Shown here: piece after piece, positions 56,828-64,000 of the stretch | Layout: every line of letters starts with the position of its first letter | Numbering within the stretch: the stretch's first letter is position 1 | Source: Candidatus Woesebacteria bacterium RIFCSPLOWO2_01_FULL_39_23 | GTDB taxonomy: Bacteria > Patescibacteriota > Microgenomatia > UBA8517 | Direction of reading: 5' to 3' | Assembly (NCBI GenBank): GCA_001793095.1 | Contig: MGHG01000008.1 | Coordinates: 269 to 64,268 of the forward strand | Length of the DNA: 64,000 nucleotides | Notes under the pieces: generated by a model | Seen by the model: the letters and a program-made list of their open reading frames with translations, nothing else | Database searches by the model: none | Told to the model about the DNA's origin: nothing | Made by a program: the position numbers and the translations under genes

Positions 56828-58081
56828 TTATCTGGCCTTGCAGCTATCCCTTGCCGCGAGAAGTGTAGAGAAATCTACCGCAGTATTCCCCCATGTCCAG
56901 TATCCTACCATCAAAACCCTACTTTTATCTAAATTGTCGCACATATATTTTAAATCACTGGCCAAGTTGAGATCCTGAGTAGCGTTGACAGTGAAATATA
57001 ATTTCATGCCTGTTGTGGTTGCGTCCGCTTGCTGACTGGTTACAAAACTCTGAACCGTCCCTTTTTTAGGTGTATATTGTGCATTCGCAAAGTTAATCGT
57101 TCCGTCGTTCGCAACAGTTAAAAAATAACTGGGATGAACTCCATACCCAAATGGAAAATTAGAAGCCAAACCGTTTGGAACAAACTCCGCCCGTACAGCC
57201 TTAGCCACGTTGTACAAAGTAGATGCCGGAATCTTAACACATCTAGTAGGATCGTGCGGTTCGTTTAAAACCATAATGCCAATGACTGTATCTTTGTACT
57301 TTACAATTGAAGGCAGTATCCTTTTGATATCAGTCACAAACTGCGATTGATTGAATGTAGCTCCATCCCAGTAATAACACGGGTCCGAGACAGATGGGCT
57401 TGCAATTACCTTACTGCCCTCGGCTTTTGCCGCGGCAAACAAAGATTCAACGGTTGTTATGGCACTATTGGAGCCTATACTCATAAATGCCCCGGTGAAA
57501 AGATCTCCCGCTCTAACACCGTTACGCATAACATTGTAATCACCCGCCGATTCTCCAAAGTGGAAAGGTGCGAAAGGCACACCGTCTGTAACGGGCTCGG
57601 GAGTTGGTGATAGCGTAAGAGCCGGAGTTGAGGTCGGTTTGGGAGTGGGCGTAGGAGTTAGAGTTGGTAGTATAGAAATTGACGAACAAAGAGCCTCAAG
57701 GGATCGACTATCGCTAGCCCAGTTTAAAGTAAACGTTCCGTTGTCGCATATTAAGTATCCCGACTCTTCCTGAGTAAGAATATATATATTTCTCCCACCT
57801 TTGGGTCGGGTAGTGAGATCGGTTCTCCCGCTACATCTGACAAACAAACGCGAGTCGCCTTCATCAAGATTGGCCTCAAGTGTCTGCCCAAGGCAGTAAA
57901 CCCCTGCCGATTCGCCCACTCGCAAATGCTCAGTTTGAATCCCTTTCGCTTGATTTCTTATATCGAAAGTGTTATTAAGCACAAGATAAGTAACAATAGC
58001 AATACTAATAAGGGCAATTACAATTATAAAAAAATGTATGAAGCCTTTTTCTAACTTGGGCAGTTTGGTTTGGGTAAGCAC
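56828..58081 (-). CDS. Secreted/membrane-anchored protein with Pro/Thr linker and C-terminal glycoside-hydrolase-like (GH5/GH26-type NEP motif) domain
   Basis: N-terminal TM; TLTPTPTPKPTSTPALTLSPTPEP linker; VIGIMVLNEPHD resembles the clan GH-A acid/base motif. Confidence 0.4.
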   Translation of the reverse strand: MLTQTKLPKLEKGFIHFFIIVIALISIAIVTYLVLNNTFDIRNQAKGIQTEHLRVGESAGVYCLGQTLEANLDEGDSRLFVRCSGRTDLTTRPKGGRNIYILTQEESGYLICDNGTFTLNWASDSRSLEALCSSISILPTLTPTPTPKPTSTPALTLSPTPEPVTDGVPFAPFHFGESAGDYNVMRNGVRAGDLFTGAFMSIGSNSAITTVESLFAAAKAEGSKVIASPSVSDPCYYWDGATFNQSQFVTDIKRILPSIVKYKDTVIGIMVLNEPHDPTRCVKIPASTLYNVAKAVRAEFVPNGLASNFPFGYGVHPSYFLTVANDGTINFANAQYTPKKGTVQSFVTSQQADATTTGMKLYFTVNATQDLNLASDLKYMCDNLDKSRVLMVGYWTWGNTAVDFSTLLAARDSCKAR

Positions 58082-58128
58082 AAATTTATAGTAAGGAGAT
58101 ATTTAACAGACTTCAAGTAGGAAATGGG

Positions 58129-58177
58129 GTTATTAGTTATTAGTTATTAGTTATGAGTTATGAGTTATAAGTTATTA
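58129..58177. repeat. Tandem heptamer array (GTTATTA/GTTATGA)x7 abutting the rpsA stop codon
   Basis: GTTATTAGTTATTAGTTATTAGTTATGAGTTATGAGTTATAAGTTATTA; related short arrays at 23937 and 49336. Confidence 0.6.
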
Positions 58178-59332
58178 CTTATATCCAACGGGTTTTGTAG
58201 TTAAAACTACACCTAGGGATAATTTTCTTGTATCCGGATCAATATCCTCTATATAAACATCAATAGACTTACCGACTTCCAGTTTTTGTCCCGGTGGAAT
58301 TTTTGTTATATGAATAAGTCCCTCAACTCCCTCCTCCAATTCAACGAACGCACCGAAGTCAGAAAGTCTTACAACAGATCCCTTTACTTTGTCGTCCTTT
58401 TTATATTTCTTAGCCGCGTTCTTCCAGGGATCGCCTTTGGCTTGTTTAATAGACAGGGCAAGCCGGGAAGCACCACCCTTTTGTAAGGGTTCATTTTTTG
58501 AAATTACCTTGACCTTAACTTTTTCGCCCTCAGTGACATTATCAGCAACTGACGTGATTTTACTCCAGGAAATCTCAGAAATATGTACAAGGCCTTCAAC
58601 TTTAGCAATCTTTTTCTTATCGATAGCGACCTCAATTTCGATAAAACAGCCAAAGTTCGATACTGTGGTGACCTTTCCCTCGTAAATTTCACCTTCTTTA
58701 ATTTTTTCATAAGCAAAGCGGACTTCCTTTAAATCTTCCGCCTCAGATACCTCTTTTTCGGAAAGTATTATTTTATTTTCGCTTCTGTTAAGATCAATTA
58801 CCAATACTTTGAAATGTTTACCAACGAGACTTTGAGGATTTTTTGAAGCTTCTTTACCCAATTGGGTGGTAGGAACAAAGCCATAAAGACCTTCTACCTC
58901 AACCGTTAAACCCGAGGTTGAATGGGAGTTACCAAGAACTGCTACCGGCTTTTTTGCCTCCCTAGCTTCTTCAAGTTTCTTCCACGCAGAATCCGCCATT
59001 GCATTTCTGAGAGAAAGAATTGTATATCCGTCGGGCGTTTCTCCAACAATTACGGAGGCAGTTACTTCATCTCCGACTTTCAATTCCTTAATATAATCTT
59101 TCGATTCCTGATACGCTTTTTCAGCTACGATGCCCTCACCTTTTGCTCCGATATCCAAAACCAGGCGTTTGGATTCTTTAGCAATAATTTTTCCTTTAAC
59201 CTTGTCTCCCCTTTTCAAAGAAGATCCACCACTACCATACAAAGCTAGGAGTTCTTCCATTGTCTGAGCTTCGCCACTTTTTTGTTTTGGCGATTTATTT
59301 TTAGATACCGAAGAGGACTTTTGCAGAGTCAC
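58175..59332 (-). CDS. rpsA: 30S ribosomal protein S1 (four S1 domains)
   Basis: Repeated S1/OB motifs: GDKVKGKII..., GDEVTASVI..., GKVTTVSNFGCFIEI...GLVHISE, GSVVRLSDFGAFVEL...GLIHITK. Confidence 0.8.
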   Translation of the reverse strand: MTLQKSSSVSKNKSPKQKSGEAQTMEELLALYGSGGSSLKRGDKVKGKIIAKESKRLVLDIGAKGEGIVAEKAYQESKDYIKELKVGDEVTASVIVGETPDGYTILSLRNAMADSAWKKLEEAREAKKPVAVLGNSHSTSGLTVEVEGLYGFVPTTQLGKEASKNPQSLVGKHFKVLVIDLNRSENKIILSEKEVSEAEDLKEVRFAYEKIKEGEIYEGKVTTVSNFGCFIEIEVAIDKKKIAKVEGLVHISEISWSKITSVADNVTEGEKVKVKVISKNEPLQKGGASRLALSIKQAKGDPWKNAAKKYKKDDKVKGSVVRLSDFGAFVELEEGVEGLIHITKIPPGQKLEVGKSIDVYIEDIDPDTRKLSLGVVLTTKPVGYK

Positions 59333-59536
59333 ACATCATAACCACCTTTCTAGTTTAGATCCTGATTTTATAACAAATTGCTACCTATAACAAGGGATAA
59401 TTTCTCGGGTGGAGCCTAAATCCAGAACACTGTCCTGGCCACGGTACAAATCTTACTTGCTCCCGAAAACTACATGTTCGCATCGCAAGAGCAATTATAC
59501 GTGGCAGGCGGATTTTTTATAATTTCAGAATACTGT

Positions 59537-59652
59537 CCTGGCGATGAGCTATTTTCGCGGTGAGTTGCCCCACAACTATCGTCGCCGCTGATCCGTTTCA
59601 CTTCTGAGTTCGGAATGGATTCAGGTGGTACCAGACCGCTCCGATCACCAGG
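59537..59652 (-). rRNA. rrf: 5S ribosomal RNA
   Basis: Reverse complement reads CCTGGTGATCGGAGCGGTCTGGTACCACCTGAATCCATTCCGAACTCAGAAGTGAAAC...ATCGCCAGG, with terminal helix 1 pairing. Confidence 0.85.
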
Positions 59653-59995
59653 ACACTATCCTGAAACAGTAAATTTATTAAAGTCCTCCGAAACTAACCT
59701 TAAGGCTTTTCAGTACTATTCATACACGCCTTAAGGAGCGTTTACAGGAGGATTTCGGTACAAACTAATTTGTACCTCAAAAATTGAGGAGAAAGAAAAA
59801 AGTCTTACTGCAAAAATGCAGAAGATCTTTAGTATAAAGTCTTATCGACTTATTCGGATCAGGTTAGCTTAAGACATTACTGTCCTTCCACACCCTGCCG
59901 AACAACCCGTCTCGCTCTTGCGAGCCAGACGAGGTTCGCCTTGCGGCGACCTGGTATTCTTCCAGGAGTCTAAAATGAACCCTAATCTTAGGAGG

Positions 59996-60028
<33 letters not shown>

Positions 60029-60154
60029 CTTGGGAATATAGCTACCCGGCTTTGCGGCTGACGCCACAACCGGCACACCAGAGATTCCCCCATGCTGGTC
60101 CTCTCGTACTGAGCACAGCTTCCTTCAAGGTTCTACGATTCCACCGGATAGAGT

Positions 60155-60187
<33 letters not shown>

Positions 60188-60753
60188 ACGTACCACTTTA
60201 ATGGGCGAACAGACCAACCCTTGGCACCTTCTCCAGCGCCAGGATGTGGTGAGCCGACATCGAGGTAGCGATCCGCGCCGTCGCTATGGACGCTCGGGCG
60301 CGACTACTCTGTTATCCCCGGGGTAGCTTTTATCCGTTAAGCTCCAACCCTTCCATGCAGGATTGGAGGATCACTAAGACCTACTTTCGTACCTGCTTGA
60401 GCCGTCACTCTCGCAGTCAAGCTGGCTTTTGCCTTTATACATTACGCACGATGTCCATCCGTGCTAAGCCAACCTTTGTACCCTTGCGTTACTCTTTGGC
60501 AAGGTACCGCCCCAGTAAAACTGCCCACCTAACACTTTCCCTTCCCGAGTATTCATCGGGATTAGGTAAGACTTGCCACGCTCTAAAGGGAGGTGTTTCA
60601 GTGTCGCTCGCGCATAGCTCGCAAATGTCAAATTACAAAAAAGCAAATGATAAATTAGTTTCATTTAGCATTCATCTTTTTAGCATTTAGCATTTCCGTG
60701 CTACACACGGGCTCCCTCCTACTCTAAACAATTAGATCGCACAAACCAATGTT

Positions 60754-60790
<37 letters not shown>

Positions 60791-60858
60791 GTGGAATTAG
60801 GCCGCGTCTTCACAGCCAACGCAATTTCGCCGAGTAGAGGCTTGAGACAGTTGCTAAC

Positions 60859-60895
<37 letters not shown>

Positions 60896-60922
60896 GAGGG
60901 ACTTCGCTACCGTAGAACAGTT

Positions 60923-61357
60923 CAATATGTTATCCCGATCGAATCCGGGACTACGATTTTACGTAGACTGCATATTGCTATGCAGATCGGACTATATCAT
61001 CCACGTTCATGTAAACTGAACGTAGCCTAGCGTGTAGTCTCTGAGGATTCCTTCAAAAATTACTAATTGACTTAATTGCTCTAATTTCTAACAAATTATT
61101 TAATGACCAATTTCAAATGACTAAAACAAAACTTAGTTGGGTCATTCTTAAATTGGGGTTTGATTAGGTTAATTAGAAATTAGTAATTAGAAATTACTTG
61201 GAGGCCTTTCCTGCTGATTGTCCGCACTGATCGCATTGTTACCATTTTAAATGGTAGCGTCAGATACTTCAACTGTTCGTTATTTCCATTCTACTTGAAA
61301 ATCACTACAGTACGGATATTCCAGCATATAGCTAGGTTTTAGAACTACGACTATTTC
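60923..61357 (-). mobile_element. ORF-less group I intron in 23S rRNA at the L1917-1923-type site (between GUAACUAU and AACUGUUCUACGGUAGCG)
   Basis: 5' exon ends in U and pairs with the internal guide GUAGUU (U.G at the splice site); intron ends in G. Core elements present: Q-like AATCAGCAGG, R TCAGAGACTACACG, S GATATAGTCCG. Confidence 0.7.
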
Positions 61358-61606
61358 ATAGTTACTGCTGCCGTTTACCGGAGCTTGACATTGCTGCGCT
61401 TCGCGCAAAAAAGCCAAATTATAAAAAACAAAATGATAAATTAAATTCATTTAGCATTTGCCTTTTGGTCATTTAACATTCTTTGTGCGAAGCACAACGC
61501 CGCTTAACTTACCGGCACTGGGCAGGCGTCAGCCCGTATACTTTGCCTTTCAGCTTTGCACGGACCTGTGTTTTTGATAAACAGTCGGTTAGCAAACATT
61601 TGCTGC

Positions 61607-61743
61607 GCCCCGCACCAATTTAGCAGCTGATTCTCCAAAATATGAATCCTACTTATATAAAACTTAAGTAATATTATTCAAGTTAAATATAAAATAAGAC
61701 TCAAATTCGAATCAGTAATATTTTCTGCTAAATTGGTGCGGGG
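61607..61743 (-). repeat. 23S rRNA intervening sequence 1 (helix-63 region): 19-bp perfect stem GCCCCGCACCAATTTAGCAG / CTGCTAAATTGGTGCGGGG with ~98-nt AT-rich loop
   Basis: Inserted at the tip of a native helix; arms share the TIR family of the GIY-YIG elements. Confidence 0.7.
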
Positions 61744-62120
61744 AGGATATCTTCCGAAGTTACATCCAGCTTTTTTGCCGAGTTCCTTAAACCTCTTTCT
61801 CTCGCTCGCCTTACTATTCTCTAGCTGCCCACCTGTGTTGGTTTGCGGTACGACTTGATTTAGATCTCGCTGCGAACCTTTTCTTGTAGACAGAATGGGA
61901 TAAAATTGCCCCAATCTCTTAGGGCTCTGCATTGCTGCTTGATTAATCGTTTCAGCGGATTTTCCAACTGACCCTATCTAACAGCTTACACCCCGATATC
62001 ACATCGGGACTTTAATCATCCTATCCAGTCAATCCCCAGCTCCACGTTCAGTACTTGCGCATGAACGTGGTGGGCGATCTAAAACAAATAGTGGAATTTT
62101 AACCACTCATCCATCGACTA

Positions 62121-62258
62121 CCCCCGCACCAAAATGGCATCTTATTTTCCAAAATATGAATCTTACTCTTAATAATCACTAAACTATATTCTTCAAATAA
62201 ATTATTAAGGTTAATCTGATCCAATTAAGGTAATATTTTATGCCACTTAGGTGCGGGG
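62121..62258 (-). repeat. 23S rRNA intervening sequence 2 (helix-45 site): stem CCCCCGCACCAAAATGGCAT / ATGCCACTTAGGTGCGGGG
   Basis: Replaces the E. coli GAGGCC-GAAA-GGC tetraloop hairpin; ~100-nt AT-rich loop shares TCCAAAATATGAATC with IVS 1. Confidence 0.7.
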
Positions 62259-62636
62259 CTCATCTTAGGTATCGACTAACCCGTCGTGGACGAACCTAGC
62301 GACGGAAACCTTGGGCTTACGGCGTCCCAGATTCTCACTGGGATTGTACGCTACTCATACCGGCATTCTCACTTCCGTACCTTCCACTCCGCCTCACGGC
62401 GAAGCTTCACTGGATACGGAACGCTCCCCTACCACACCCGCTCGCAGAGCGGGAATGACCAATTTCCAATGGCAAATAACCAATGTATTATTAGAAGCCA
62501 TATTTAAACTTACTGCTTCTTTTACATTTAGCATTTATCATTTAGCATTTATCATTCCTGTTCTACGAACAGGTATCTCTAGCTTCGGCACGCAACTTAT
62601 CCTCGATAAATTTTAGGCGCCTGCTTCCATCGACCA

Positions 62637-62693
<57 letters not shown>

Positions 62694-63204
62694 TTACGGA
62701 AACCGACTTCCTTTCAAACTTAGCTGCGATTTAGAGGCCTTAGCCGAGAGTCTGGGTTGTTTCCCTTTGGACGCATCAGCTTAGCCCGATGCGACTGTCT
62801 AGTACGTTGTTATATATTGTTATTCGGAGTTTGGTTGAATGAAATTGCTTGCGCTCTCTCATCCATCCAGTATCTCTACCATCAATATACTTTTCGTACC
62901 ACGGTCCCTATAGACCTTTCGGGGAGAACCAGCTATCTCCAGGCTCGGTTGGCATATTACCACTATCCACAAGTCATCCCACGTTATTGCAACAACGACG
63001 GGTTCGGGCCTCCTTCCAATCTTCATCGGAATTCACCCTGCTCATGGCTAGATCGCCTGGTTTCGGGTCGGCCATCAGATACTCGTTACCAAAAGGTAAC
63101 ACGCGCTATTCGCACTCGGTTTCCCTTCACCTCCACCCGTTTAAGGGTTTAGATAGTTATCTAACGGCCACTCGCCGGCTCATTCTTCAATAGGCACGAT
63201 ATCA

Positions 63205-63341
63205 CCCCGCACCAAGTTGGCAGAAAATATTTCATTGATTTGAATGTTAACATTAACTAAACTTTAAGTTTATTGAAAGTTTAAACAATAAATAAACTCA
63301 TGTCTCATATTTTGAAAATCAGCTGCCAATTTGGTGCGGGG
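63205..63341 (-). repeat. 23S rRNA intervening sequence 3 (helix-25 site): stem CCCCGCACCAAGTTGGCAG / CTGCCAATTTGGTGCGGGG
   Basis: Classic IVS position (helix 25); one G.U in an otherwise perfect 19-bp stem. Confidence 0.7.
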
Positions 63342-63406
63342 CTCTATCGGTTTGTCCGCAAACAGTTTCAGGTTCTATTTCACTGGGCGTCTCGCCCTTC
63401 TTTTCG

Positions 63407-63438
<32 letters not shown>

Positions 63439-63661
63439 ATCTACCTATATTTAGCCTTGGAGGATGGTTCCCCCAGCTTCCCACGGTGTAGATGCACCGT
63501 GGTACTTGGGATATTCCTAAGATTCTTTATAAATTTTGTATACAAGACTTTCACTTTCTATGGTGTACCATTCCAGATACTTCTACTATTCATAAAGAAC
63601 CCATATTGGAATCCCGCAACCCTGCGCCCATATTCTTGCGAATATGGGGCAGTTTAGGCTA

Positions 63662-63693
<32 letters not shown>

Positions 63694-64000
63694 TCTCGTT
63701 TGATTTATTTTCCTCACCCTACTTAGATGTTTCAGTTCGGGCGGTCTCCCCCGCTACGGTTATACCCCGACAAGTCGGGATTTTTACCATAGGGTAACCA
63801 AATATAATTATGGTTGGGTTTCCCCATTCGGACACCGTCGGATCAATGGATCGTGGCTCCTCCCCGGCGATTATCGCAACCATGTGCGTCCTTCTTCGGT
63901 AGGTAAATCCTAGGCATTCACTGTCTGCGTTAGTAAAGACTTCAATTACGTTCCTGTACGACCCCGCAATAAAGCGAGATATTACAGGAAACGGCCTTTC

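Overview
This window is AT-rich (about 38% GC), gene-dense bacterial DNA. The gene content points to a small-genome, CPR/Patescibacteria-like organism: many small membrane proteins, small free-standing GIY-YIG nuclease genes, TPR/O-antigen-ligase proteins, and an rRNA operon with introns and insertions.

Order of features along the window:
- A 5'-truncated giant protein of LamG (laminin-G/ConA-like) repeats.
- A GIY-YIG nuclease next to a four-helix-bundle (23S-IVS-protein family) gene.
- An O-antigen-ligase/TPR membrane protein.
- An IS200-like REP-associated tyrosine transposase (RAYT) flanked by REP palindromes.
- A block of small membrane proteins.
- A two-component locus with four tandem single-domain response regulators and one sensor kinase.
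- A secreted FN3/Ig-like protein and two giant Ser/Thr/Gly-rich proteins.
- A translationally coupled operon of three GT41 (O-GlcNAc-transferase-like) TPR glycosyltransferases and an FkbM methyltransferase.
- An expanded Tat locus with five tandem tatA paralogs plus tatC, and a sixth tatA found further on.
- A Fic/HTH/VapBC island, tRNA-Ala, an M23/LysM peptidase, rho, a sortase with an LPXTG PA14 substrate, radA and rpsA.
- On the minus strand, 5S rRNA and a roughly 4.1-kb 23S rRNA gene. The 23S carries a group I intron and three hairpin intervening sequences.

The most unusual signal is a family of hairpin elements with conserved ~18-bp terminal inverted repeats (GCCCCGCACCAAnTTnGCAG). Two protein-locus copies carry a GIY-YIG nuclease ORF in the loop. 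Three ORF-less copies sit at helix tips of the 23S rRNA, and one degenerate copy lies inside the tat operon. Four sub-60-aa tatA genes missing from the ORF track were found by eye.
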